Assembly (NCBI GenBank): GCA_947630435.1
Contig: CANRHO010000001.1
Span: forward strand, 1 to 41,855
Direction: 5' to 3'
Length of the DNA: 41,855 nt
Source: an uncultured Bacilli bacterium
Lineage (GTDB): Bacteria; Bacillota_I; Bacilli_A; RF39; UBA660
The notes below the pieces were generated by a model. That model worked only from the letters and a program-made list of their open reading frames with translations, searched no databases and was not told the origin of the DNA. The position numbers were made by a program, and so were the translations under genes. Shown here in pieces: positions 17,401-26,294 of the stretch (position 1 is the first letter of the stretch; the number at the start of each line of letters is the position of its first letter).

Positions 17401-18276
17401 CTAATTTTTTTTCTTTTTATTACCTATAACAAAATCATAATTTGTAAAAACATCTTTTTTTATTTCAATAGACTTATTTAACTTGTGAAAATCAGACATT
17501 TTTTTAATTTGTTCAAATCTATTTTTATTGTATTTTTTTTCTAACTCAAATTGTAAGACATGAGGACTTATATTATTAAATACTGGTATTTTATCAAACT
17601 CTTCTTTATATTCATCACAAGCAATTGAAAAAGCCAAATGAAATAAAAAGTAATTAGATAATGCATTTTCCTTCTTCCAATACTCAAAAAGAAGTTTTTG
17701 TGTTGCAACTAATATAGGGTTATTTTTACATGAATTAATTAGCCAACTAGAAGATTTTATAGGCATTTTATCAACTCTATCAAGTGAAATTTCTTTATAA
17801 ACAAAAAGAGGCTCTTTAGTTATATATAATGGTTCACTATCCGCTGTACAAAACACCGTGGAATCAAGCCATAAACCGCCATGCTTTATTAATAAATTAG
17901 TTCTCAAAAGATCTGAAAAATGAGTCTTTGAAATAATACCTTTTTCGTATTTTTCAATAATATAATCAGGAAAATCAGTATATTTTTTGTAGTTATTCTC
18001 TGTTAAAATAACAATTTCTTTATTAGGCATGGTTTTTTTTACTGATTCCACGCATTTTTGAACTAAAACTGGTGCATTTTCTAAACCCTGAAACCAACAT
18101 ACAAAAATCTTGTTTGAAAATACTTTTTTATAATTACCATGATAAAAAGTATCAATAATATTTTGATAATCTTTTTTTAGCTTTATTTTTAAATTATGTT
18201 GTATTTCAATGTCTTTTGCTATTTTATTATTAATAAAATGATATTTAATATTACGAATCTTTCTTATTATATTCAC
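17401..18276 (-). CDS. Capsular polysaccharide synthesis protein family (PF05704-like, GT32-related glycosyltransferase)
   Basis: 291 aa. IFVCWFQGLENAPVLVQKCVESV...IVILTENNY...ISKTHFSDLLRTNLLIKHGGLWLDSTVF matches the Caps_synth family signature as I recall it. Confidence 0.7.
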   Translation of the reverse strand: MNIIRKIRNIKYHFINNKIAKDIEIQHNLKIKLKKDYQNIIDTFYHGNYKKVFSNKIFVCWFQGLENAPVLVQKCVESVKKTMPNKEIVILTENNYKKYTDFPDYIIEKYEKGIISKTHFSDLLRTNLLIKHGGLWLDSTVFCTADSEPLYITKEPLFVYKEISLDRVDKMPIKSSSWLINSCKNNPILVATQKLLFEYWKKENALSNYFLFHLAFSIACDEYKEEFDKIPVFNNISPHVLQFELEKKYNKNRFEQIKKMSDFHKLNKSIEIKKDVFTNYDFVIGNKKKKN

Positions 18277-19424
18277 CTTTTAAATACCTCCTTTAAAATG
18301 AATTTAGCAATGTCTTTGCTTGAATTTGGATTTTGGTTTAAACCAAGGTTTTTCATGTAATTATCCAAATCTTTATGGTAAGAATTAATGTTAAAGTTAA
18401 TAATATTGTCTTCAAGTTCTTTTTGTGTTTTTGCAAATGGAAATGGCATGTCTTTATAAGGTAAATTAAAATCTCGATTTTTTACGTATTCGTCATAATC
18501 ATTAGCATATATATAACACGTTTTTTTCATCATAGCAAAATCAAACATAGTAGATGAGTAATCCGTTATCATAACATCCGAAAAAACCTCTAGTTCATTC
18601 ATATCTTTAACAAATGATGCATTAATAATTTTTTCTGAATATTTAAAATAATCTGCTTTATTAGAAATATTAGGATGTAATTTAATTAAAGTCACCCACT
18701 CTTTTTTATCTTTTTTAGAAAGAACATCCATAATTTTATTAAAATCCAAATCATAGCAATCTAAATTTTCATCATCTCTAAAGGTTGGACAGTATAGTAA
18801 AATTTTCTTATCATTAGAAATATTAAATAGTTTTCTATACTTAGAACGTATTTTTTTATTATCTGATTTTTTTAAAAAAACGTCGTATTCTGGCCACCCT
18901 AATTCAATAAAATCTCCGTTATACCAAAAGCTTCTTTTAAAAACATCTTTTTGCCAGGTGCTGCTAGCTACCATATAATCAGTCATTGCTGCATCTTTTT
19001 GAGCATATTCTACATATTCCTTAGATAGTGAATTAATGGCGTCTTTTTCTACTTTTTTAGCACCAATACCACCATGCCATGCTTGAATATAAATTTGAGT
19101 TTTTCTTTTACGTGCAAAATAACATTTCCTAGAATTACCAATCCATAATTTAGCAGTAACATGCTCATAAATTGATCTAACCGAATTATATTTAACTTTT
19201 TTAACATAATTAGGCAAAGTAGCATCACCATATATATCATAACAAACCAAGCAAATTATTTTCAAAGACTTATCCATTTTATATAATTCATCAACAATAA
19301 GTTTTGGATTGCCAAGATATCCTTTTCCATTAAAGCAATCAACTACTATTTTCTTTTCATCAATTCTAAAGACGCGAAACAAATACCAACATATTTTTTT
19401 TATAAAAACTTTAATTTTTACCAT
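18273..19424 (-). CDS. CDP-glycerol/ribitol:poly(alditol phosphate) phosphotransferase family (TagB/TagF/TarL-like)
   Basis: 383 aa. YIQAWHGGIGAKK, LLYCPTFRD, IKLHPN and ITDYSSTMFDFA are Glyphos_transf (PF04464) motifs. 4-nt overlap with the downstream gene. Confidence 0.85.
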   Translation of the reverse strand: MVKIKVFIKKICWYLFRVFRIDEKKIVVDCFNGKGYLGNPKLIVDELYKMDKSLKIICLVCYDIYGDATLPNYVKKVKYNSVRSIYEHVTAKLWIGNSRKCYFARKRKTQIYIQAWHGGIGAKKVEKDAINSLSKEYVEYAQKDAAMTDYMVASSTWQKDVFKRSFWYNGDFIELGWPEYDVFLKKSDNKKIRSKYRKLFNISNDKKILLYCPTFRDDENLDCYDLDFNKIMDVLSKKDKKEWVTLIKLHPNISNKADYFKYSEKIINASFVKDMNELEVFSDVMITDYSSTMFDFAMMKKTCYIYANDYDEYVKNRDFNLPYKDMPFPFAKTQKELEDNIINFNINSYHKDLDNYMKNLGLNQNPNSSKDIAKFILKEVFKR

Positions 19425-20952
19425 TAACTACACCTCTTGATAACTTTTTTTTAATCAAAATAATAAAATATTTTCTATCTTCTTTACTAAACATGATTAA
19501 GTAATTAACTATTAATCCGATAGCTCCGCAAAGTATTATCATCAAAATTAATATCATCCAAGAATCTATGTTAAATAAGCTATATACAAAGTAATCAATA
19601 CCTAGCAAAATTAAATTAACCAATAGATATCTAAATATCTCCGGGTAAAAGGTTGTTTTTTTAACTCCTAAACAATGAGCTGAATACAAAGGTGTATAAG
19701 TAAGATTTTTTATTGCACCAGTAACGGAAGATACTAAAGCAACCGCAATAACTCCTAAATTAGTATGTTTTATTAAAACAAGAACAATTAACGTGTTAAA
19801 TAAGCCTATGAAAACATGTAATAAGGAATTAACTTTTAATTTGTTGGTAATGGTAAATACTTGCCATAAAGGAACAATTATGCTTGATGCAATTAAAGAA
19901 ACAATTGAAACAATAGATAAAATTGTTAAAAGTTTAATATCTTGATTAGGAACCCATAATGAATAAAAAGACGTTCCAAAAATAAGAAAAAAACACATAG
20001 AGCAACTAGCGAATACACCAGTCAATTTCATGGATAACTTAAAATCCTGAACGACAACATCCATTTTACCCTTAGCATAATCAATCGTTTGTTGTGGTGA
20101 AAAAATGCCCGCAAACGTTGAAATAAAAGCACTTAAATTTGTGGTAATGGTTTTTACAATGGCAAATTGCCCCATCGCTAATGGATTAATAAACAAGTTT
20201 GTAATTAATAAATCTAGGCCATCTGTTAATATTTGTCCTAATTTTGTAACGGTATTCCATACACCAGATTTAATAATTTCAATTATTGACTTAATATCAA
20301 AATAACGTTTTTTTACCTTTATATCAGGTAATAATTTTTTCGTATAATACATGTTTTTTATCAATTGATATATTGATACAATGCAAGATGCAAAGCCTAC
20401 GTACAAAACATATGGTTTAAACACTATAAATGCTACAATAAGTATTATAGCCTTTAAAGCATACGAAATAATATTAACCTTTGCATTTAAATCTAATCTA
20501 TTTGTAGCAAACGTAGTAGTTGAATATGATGAATTAATGAGGCTTAAAATAAAATTAATAAAAATAAATAAGAATAATAATTTTACATCAAAAACCATGT
20601 TAGAAGGAATTGATAAAATATCATTCAAAAAGAAAACCATTATTAAAGACGGTAGCAATAATAATAAACCAATAAAGATATTTGCATATACAGAACTAGT
20701 AAAATATTTATTAGCTTTTTCATAATTTCCCTTGTGGATTTCTATCGTAACAAATCTACCTATCATAGAGTTAAAAGCAATCGTAAGTAAACTTGCATAA
20801 GTAACAAAATTATTAGCTAATGTAATAAAGCCATTAGCTTCTACCCCTACGTTTTTAGTTATGTATGGCGTAAGAAAAAAGTTAATACCTATATTAACGC
20901 AAAAGGCAAATATAGTTGAAGTCATATTTAATATCATTTGTTTGTTTTTCAT
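19411..20952 (-). CDS. wzx: Wzx-type oligosaccharide flippase (MOP superfamily)
   Basis: 513 aa, about 12-14 TM helices, N-terminus typical of polysaccharide biosynthesis/flippase proteins (NMTSTIFAFCVNIGINFFLTPYIT..VG.EANGF). AAGGAG RBS. Confidence 0.8.
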   Translation of the reverse strand: MKNKQMILNMTSTIFAFCVNIGINFFLTPYITKNVGVEANGFITLANNFVTYASLLTIAFNSMIGRFVTIEIHKGNYEKANKYFTSSVYANIFIGLLLLLPSLIMVFFLNDILSIPSNMVFDVKLLFLFIFINFILSLINSSYSTTTFATNRLDLNAKVNIISYALKAIILIVAFIVFKPYVLYVGFASCIVSIYQLIKNMYYTKKLLPDIKVKKRYFDIKSIIEIIKSGVWNTVTKLGQILTDGLDLLITNLFINPLAMGQFAIVKTITTNLSAFISTFAGIFSPQQTIDYAKGKMDVVVQDFKLSMKLTGVFASCSMCFFLIFGTSFYSLWVPNQDIKLLTILSIVSIVSLIASSIIVPLWQVFTITNKLKVNSLLHVFIGLFNTLIVLVLIKHTNLGVIAVALVSSVTGAIKNLTYTPLYSAHCLGVKKTTFYPEIFRYLLVNLILLGIDYFVYSLFNIDSWMILILMIILCGAIGLIVNYLIMFSKEDRKYFIILIKKKLSRGVVNGKN

Positions 20953-20998
20953 TAGGTACTCCTTACATATTTAGCAATGTTTGACTATATATAATAAA

Positions 20999-21027
20999 AT
21001 TATAACACACTAATTATAACAAGTAAA
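20999..21027 (-). promoter_or_regulatory. Candidate internal sigma-A promoter (extended -10) for the wzx-to-lysin unit
   Basis: Minus strand reads TTTACT (21027-21022), 17-nt spacer, TGTG-T-TATAAT (-10 at 21004-20999). A second TGTTATAAT copy lies 14 nt upstream at 21021-21013. Confidence 0.5.
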
Positions 21028-21092
21028 ATAAAACCAGTATGAAATTTTTTTTGTGGCGCAACAAAATAAAAAGTATATTATAAAATAAAAAT

Positions 21093-21122
21093 TTGGTATT
21101 TATCTTAAAGATTAAATACCAA
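21093..21122 (-). terminator. Internal rho-independent terminator after the SGNH gene
   Basis: TTGGTATTTA / TAAATACCAA 10-bp perfect stem with a 10-nt loop, followed on the minus strand by TTTTTATTTTAT. It lies 36 nt downstream of the stop at 21158. Confidence 0.6.
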
Positions 21123-21157
21123 AAATCAAAGAATTAAATGTTTTTTAAAAAAACAAT

Positions 21158-22018
21158 TCAATATTTTTCATAACTATATTTAATACACTTATTATCAATA
21201 TAATTCAGTATCAATTGATTTGTTTTATCATCATAATGAAGCCCATCATAAGTTTCAAAATTAACATTGTTAAACGAATCACAACTATACATATTTATGC
21301 GTTTGTTATTTTCTAAAAGTTCATCTATTTTGCTATTAAAATCCATTATCTTATGGTTTCTAACTTCTGCCATAATATCATCATAAAGCTCTTTATTTTG
21401 AACAGGATTAACCGATAACAAGTAAAAATTAACATCGCTGTAATTATCAGCTAATTTTTTATATAAAGAAAAATATTCTACAACTCTATCTTCAATGTTA
21501 TCAACTACCCTCGTATCATTAACACCCATGTTAATAACCACATGGTATTTATGGTTTTTATTACGATTATCTAATTCTTGAATTAGTTTTGGATAAGCAA
21601 TATCTTTAAACCAAGTTATTGTAGCCCCACCTTTTGCAATAAAACTAAAATTATCTGGTATATTTAAGTCTTCCGCATCATTTTCAATAAATTCCATGCG
21701 GGAATCACCTATTACAATAACTTTGTTAGTTTTAATTAACGAAAAATCATTATTTTTATTAATTTTAGAAAAACAACCTTCCAAAGTAAATAAATTATCA
21801 GTAAAAATAATATTGAAAACACATATTAAAACAACCAAAAAAATTATAAAAGAAAATATGTTAAAAAATAATATAAACTTTTTGTTATTATTCTTGAAGA
21901 TGATAATGGTAACTAGTAAAATAAAGAAAATTAATATTATGCTTAACAATATATCTAAATTTTTATCACATAAACCTTTATATATTTTTATCAATATTTT
22001 CACCTCGGATCTTATCAA
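21158..22018 (-). CDS. Membrane-anchored SGNH/GDSL-family hydrolase or acyl-transfer domain protein
   Basis: 286 aa. Two N-terminal TM helices, then the SGNH blocks VIVIGDSR (I), AKGGAT (II), INMGVND (III) and DGLHYD (V). The start is uncertain: TTG 22018, or TTG 21994 after GAGGTG. Confidence 0.7.
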   Translation of the reverse strand: MIRSEVKILIKIYKGLCDKNLDILLSIILIFFILLVTIIIFKNNNKKFILFFNIFSFIIFLVVLICVFNIIFTDNLFTLEGCFSKINKNNDFSLIKTNKVIVIGDSRMEFIENDAEDLNIPDNFSFIAKGGATITWFKDIAYPKLIQELDNRNKNHKYHVVINMGVNDTRVVDNIEDRVVEYFSLYKKLADNYSDVNFYLLSVNPVQNKELYDDIMAEVRNHKIMDFNSKIDELLENNKRINMYSCDSFNNVNFETYDGLHYDDKTNQLILNYIDNKCIKYSYEKY

Positions 22019-22030
22019 TAAAAAGAAAAT

Positions 22031-22510
22031 TTAATTATTGGAAATAAACTCGTTAATTTTTTTAACAATATTATCATTATTAAATTCCCATTCTTTTGGT
22101 TTGAATTTTTTTATTTTTTTAAGTACATCTTTTAATTTATCTTTTTCATCTAATTTTAAAATATAGCCTTCTTCATAAAAATTATCCACTATTTGCTTTT
22201 GGTGATCATTGGTATGTTCTTTATACTTAGAAAGTCTTGCAGACGCTATAACTTTCTTTTTATGTTTTAAGCCGGTTAATATGCTACCTACTCCCCCATG
22301 AGTAATTAAAATATCGCATGAGCTAATGTATTTTTCAAAATCTTCCATTTTTATATAATCAAATATTTTCATTTTATCTGATTCATATTTTGTATATCCA
22401 GCTTGAATGATTACTTCTTCTTTTATTTCACCTTTATTAATAGAATTTTCAATTATTTTTAAAAGTCTACTAAAACTTTTATCTTGTGTTCCTAATGTAA
22501 CAAAAATCAT
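22031..22510 (-). CDS. Alg13-like glycosyltransferase catalytic subunit (Glyco_tran_28_C; Cps14G/EpsF/PssE-like)
   Basis: Start at ATG 22510 (AGGAGG RBS) gives MIFVTLGTQ..F.RLL...HGGVGSI, typical of the catalytic half of split Alg13/Alg14-type transferases. Confidence 0.8.
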   Translation of the reverse strand: MIFVTLGTQDKSFSRLLKIIENSINKGEIKEEVIIQAGYTKYESDKMKIFDYIKMEDFEKYISSCDILITHGGVGSILTGLKHKKKVIASARLSKYKEHTNDHQKQIVDNFYEEGYILKLDEKDKLKDVLKKIKKFKPKEWEFNNDNIVKKINEFISNN

Positions 22511-22518
22511 GTGACCTC

Positions 22519-22989
22519 CTAAAATAAACTCCCCCAATATTTAGCTTTTGGATAAAGCTTTAACATATCTTTCCACTGTACTAAAAATAAATCAGCAAAT
22601 TTATAAACGTATTTACCCGTTATTGTTTTTGAATTTCTATTAGCAAACGTTTCAATAAAAATAATTTTACTACCAAATATTTTACCAATTAAGCACATCG
22701 GGCCAGCAATATGAGCACCAGTTGAAATAATGTATTGTGGTCTTATTTTAATAAATAAAAATAATTCAATAAAACAGTTAATTAAAAGCTTAAAAACATA
22801 TGAAAATTTATGATCTTTAGTTCCATAAATAACATAGTTTATTCTTTTGCCATACTCTTTTTTTAATTCTTTATTTACCTTTGTTTTTTCTGTAATTATA
22901 TGATAATCATATTTATTAAACATTTTTTTAAGTTGTAAGAGCTCAGTCAAATGACCTCCTGTACTTGAAATAAATAATACTTTTTTCAC
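22519..22989 (-). CDS. Alg14-like membrane-associating subunit (Cps14F/PssD-like)
   Basis: 156 aa. MKKVLFISSTGGHLTELLQL...STGAHIAGP...IFIETFA matches the Alg14-like family. Directly upstream of the Alg13-like gene. GTG start with GGGAG RBS. Confidence 0.8.
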   Translation of the reverse strand: MKKVLFISSTGGHLTELLQLKKMFNKYDYHIITEKTKVNKELKKEYGKRINYVIYGTKDHKFSYVFKLLINCFIELFLFIKIRPQYIISTGAHIAGPMCLIGKIFGSKIIFIETFANRNSKTITGKYVYKFADLFLVQWKDMLKLYPKAKYWGSLF

Positions 22990-23063
22990 AATCTAAATCT
23001 CCCGTTAATATTTTATCAATTTTTAGTTTATATTACAATTACAAAATCACCTTTATATATGTA

Positions 23064-25148
23064 TTAAAATGTTTTAGTTTTTCTTATTTTACAAAATAAC
23101 GCATCTATTCCCGGAATACTAGCAACGATTATAATAGGAACATAATGTACTAAATATCTTGCTGAAGATTCCCATAAAGAAAGAAATACAATCAATCCAA
23201 ATAATGCAATATAAACAACATTACAATCATTTGTTTTTTTTACAAACGCCGTAATAGCACTAACTACTATAGAAAAGTAAAGAAAAATAATTAATCCTGT
23301 ATCTTTTATATAGTAAATGGAAAAATATTTACCATCAGAACAAATGATTTCCTGTACTATATTTTTTTCCATAATTTTATTTTCAGATATGGTTCTACTA
23401 CCATGAAAAGTTCCATCTCCCCAAGTGAAAAGCGCTTTTCGATATAGAAAACTTATATATCCAGTAACTTTATAACTTTTCATTTTTTCTTTAATCTTTT
23501 TTATATGACCTTTAATCATATTCTCACGTGTTCCCAAGGAATATGTATAATTATACAATTTAGCATTATATACCCCAATATAATCTTTACCTTCCACATT
23601 TGATGGATATTCATATAACCCCATCATAATCCAATGACTATAAGGAAGTGCTCCAGTTTTTGTTGCTTTAAAAAAATCAATATGATTCTCAACCAACCTT
23701 AAGAAGGAAAAAGAACAAATCATTGTAAGTATAATAATACCCATTGTTTTTATATTTTGATTAAACTTAAATCTAAATAAAACATCAACTATGATAGCTA
23801 TAAGCATAATAACACAAGTAAACTTAATTTTAATTCCAATAACAGCTAAAATACCTATTAAAATGGATAAAAAAATTTTTTTACGATCATACTTCATATC
23901 TCTAATATAGACATAACAACATAAAATAGCTATGGGAATTGGTAACGCTAAAGTATCAGTATAAAATACTGGTAAATATAAATAAAAAGCAGAAGATAAT
24001 AATATTAAAATCATCGCACATAAGATATTTTTATTCCCAAATAATTTCTTAATTGTTAATATGGTTAAAATTGCTGAGATATCAACAACAATAAGATTCA
24101 AAACATGAGTTGCAACCAAAGAATATTTTAATAAATGAAAATAGTTTAAAATTTTAAATAAAATAGCTTCAATAACAAATAAATACTTGTTATTGGGAAA
24201 AGTGGAGAAATAATTATAATTTATTCCATCCATGTTTCCAATCGCAAAATTTTTTGCCGATTCATAAACAACCTTCCAATCCCATCCAGGATTGTTCTTG
24301 GCAAAATATAAAACAAGAATTTGTAAAATAATAAATATAATTCCTAAAATAGTATAAACAATAAATTTTTTCTTTTTATTACTATTGATATTATTAATTC
24401 CTAAATAAACAAGTGGAAACAACAAGAAAACTAATATAAAAGCAATAATGTTATTTTTTGTAGTTGCTACACTTAAAACGGTTTTATTATTAAAAATAAT
24501 TCCAATGATAAAAGAAGCAAAAACAAAAGTAAAAATTAGTAAAAAAATTCGAATCAAAATAGGCATTTTTTCATTTTTTATATTTTTCATATTTATTTTT
24601 TTTATATTATTTTTATTAACTAAATATGCTTCCTTTGCATATTCCAATGCCTGCCTATCGTTTTTTATGGAATCAGAATAAAAACGATTCATTTCTCTTT
24701 TAGGATATTCTTTTTTATACCGATTTACTTTTTCAATACCCATACAATTTTTAGATTTAAATTCACCAGTATGTTTGTCTACTTTTGTAGCAATAACATG
24801 AACATTTAATATTTTTTCTAATGGTTTTAATAAAAATTCTGGAGACGCTGAGATAATCAAATCAAATTTTTCTTTTTGTTTTAAATACCAAGGTTTTATT
24901 TTAAAGAGATTTTCCTTCCAAAAATCATCAACGTATTGATCAACATTATCTATTTTCTTTAAGAAAGAAAATGCTTTTTCCTTAAAATAAGTTTTATTTT
25001 TTATTTTAAATATGTAAAGTAAAAAAACCAATATTTGAACTGGTAAACATAATAAAATTCTTTTATTTCTTTTAAGGCAAAAGAAATAAAAATCTATACT
25101 AGAATCTCCATCATAAATGGTTTTATCAAAATCATAAGCGTTTATCAT
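23064..25148 (-). CDS. Fusion protein: N-terminal HAD-IB-like phosphatase domain + C-terminal GT-C-type (PMT_2/ArnT-like) polytopic glycosyltransferase
   Basis: 694 aa. Residues 1 to about 185 carry HAD motif I (YDFDKTIYDGDS), motif II (LIISASP) and motif IV-like (FYSDSIKND). The rest has about 11-12 TM helices with a loop NPGWDWKVVYESAKNF...YFSTFPNNKY, reminiscent of GT39/GT83-type enzymes. Confidence 0.65.
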   Translation of the reverse strand: MINAYDFDKTIYDGDSSIDFYFFCLKRNKRILLCLPVQILVFLLYIFKIKNKTYFKEKAFSFLKKIDNVDQYVDDFWKENLFKIKPWYLKQKEKFDLIISASPEFLLKPLEKILNVHVIATKVDKHTGEFKSKNCMGIEKVNRYKKEYPKREMNRFYSDSIKNDRQALEYAKEAYLVNKNNIKKINMKNIKNEKMPILIRIFLLIFTFVFASFIIGIIFNNKTVLSVATTKNNIIAFILVFLLFPLVYLGINNINSNKKKKFIVYTILGIIFIILQILVLYFAKNNPGWDWKVVYESAKNFAIGNMDGINYNYFSTFPNNKYLFVIEAILFKILNYFHLLKYSLVATHVLNLIVVDISAILTILTIKKLFGNKNILCAMILILLSSAFYLYLPVFYTDTLALPIPIAILCCYVYIRDMKYDRKKIFLSILIGILAVIGIKIKFTCVIMLIAIIVDVLFRFKFNQNIKTMGIIILTMICSFSFLRLVENHIDFFKATKTGALPYSHWIMMGLYEYPSNVEGKDYIGVYNAKLYNYTYSLGTRENMIKGHIKKIKEKMKSYKVTGYISFLYRKALFTWGDGTFHGSRTISENKIMEKNIVQEIICSDGKYFSIYYIKDTGLIIFLYFSIVVSAITAFVKKTNDCNVVYIALFGLIVFLSLWESSARYLVHYVPIIIVASIPGIDALFCKIRKTKTF

Positions 25149-25252
25149 AATAACTAAACTCCTAACAAATAAAGTTTTTATATATATATTATTTTAATAA
25201 AAATACTATAAAGAAAGTAAAAAGAAAATATAAACATGATTTATTTTTCTCA

Positions 25253-26281
25253 CTACAAATTAACAGATTTGATTTTCCCTAAAAAATTTAATTTTATTTT
25301 TATTATTATTTTTTCAATAAATAATAATAAAAATACAAAAATAGTTGTTATTACAACATTACTACAAAACATTATTACCAATTTAATTATTCCTGGTAAT
25401 GTAATTATATAAGGATAAAGATAGTAAATTAACGAACTACCAATACCTTGACAAAAATAATATACTAAGGCATTTGCACCAACAAAGCATAGAATATTTT
25501 TACCTTTAACTTTTATTTTATCTTTAAGATAAGTAGCAATAATAATTGAGTTCATTGCGTAAAATAGATAACTGATGTGTGAGATGCTTTTCGCGTCCTG
25601 TAAATTTAAGAAACCATAATTACTAAAATGCAATAAAATAAACGTAATGAAAACATTCGTAATAAGTATAGTTAAAAAGTGTTTTAATGATTTAAAATTA
25701 AAATCGTATAAATAATATCCTAAACAATATATTAGAGTATACATAATTATATGTGGTTGTATTATTAAGAAATTATTCTTATATAGACTCATCCCATATA
25801 AGATAAACAATAAAACTAAAACATATTTAAAATTATTCCTTGTTTTAAAATACTTATTGTATAAACATATAAGTAAATTACCAATAATTAAAACTTGAAA
25901 ATACATAAATATAAACCATAATGAACCATTTACAACAGGTAAAACGCTTACGTTGTCAAAATGAAAAAACATTGCTTTAATTACCGAATACACATCAAAG
26001 TTTTTAAAATCAACCAACAGTATTATTATAAAATATAAAACTAAAAACAATAACCATTTTCGCCAAAACTTAATTAACCCTTTTAATGATTTGAAAAAAT
26101 CTTTGTTTATATTAAAAGTCATTCCTGAAATAAATATAAAAAGAGGAACATCAATAATTAAGGACAATGATCTAAGCCATATAGGTACATAGGCTTCACC
26201 GCTCCAAAAACAAGTATGAATTAAAATAATCCATATAGCTGCAAAACCTCTTAGAAAATCTATAGTATTATCTCTTTTCAT
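25253..26281 (-). CDS. Acyltransferase-3 (AT3) family membrane O-acyltransferase
   Basis: 342 aa, about 10 TM helices. The N-terminal RDNTIDFLRGFAAIWIILIHT is the AT3/OafA-family signature. Confidence 0.85.
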   Translation of the reverse strand: MKRDNTIDFLRGFAAIWIILIHTCFWSGEAYVPIWLRSLSLIIDVPLFIFISGMTFNINKDFFKSLKGLIKFWRKWLLFLVLYFIIILLVDFKNFDVYSVIKAMFFHFDNVSVLPVVNGSLWFIFMYFQVLIIGNLLICLYNKYFKTRNNFKYVLVLLFILYGMSLYKNNFLIIQPHIIMYTLIYCLGYYLYDFNFKSLKHFLTILITNVFITFILLHFSNYGFLNLQDAKSISHISYLFYAMNSIIIATYLKDKIKVKGKNILCFVGANALVYYFCQGIGSSLIYYLYPYIITLPGIIKLVIMFCSNVVITTIFVFLLLFIEKIIIKIKLNFLGKIKSVNL

Positions 26282-26294
26282 TTTTACTCACCCC

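Noticed and set aside
19049-19240. 63-aa same-strand, out-of-frame ORF inside the TagF-like gene
   Set aside because: It is embedded in a gene whose own frame carries the conserved Glyphos_transf motifs, and there is no RBS.
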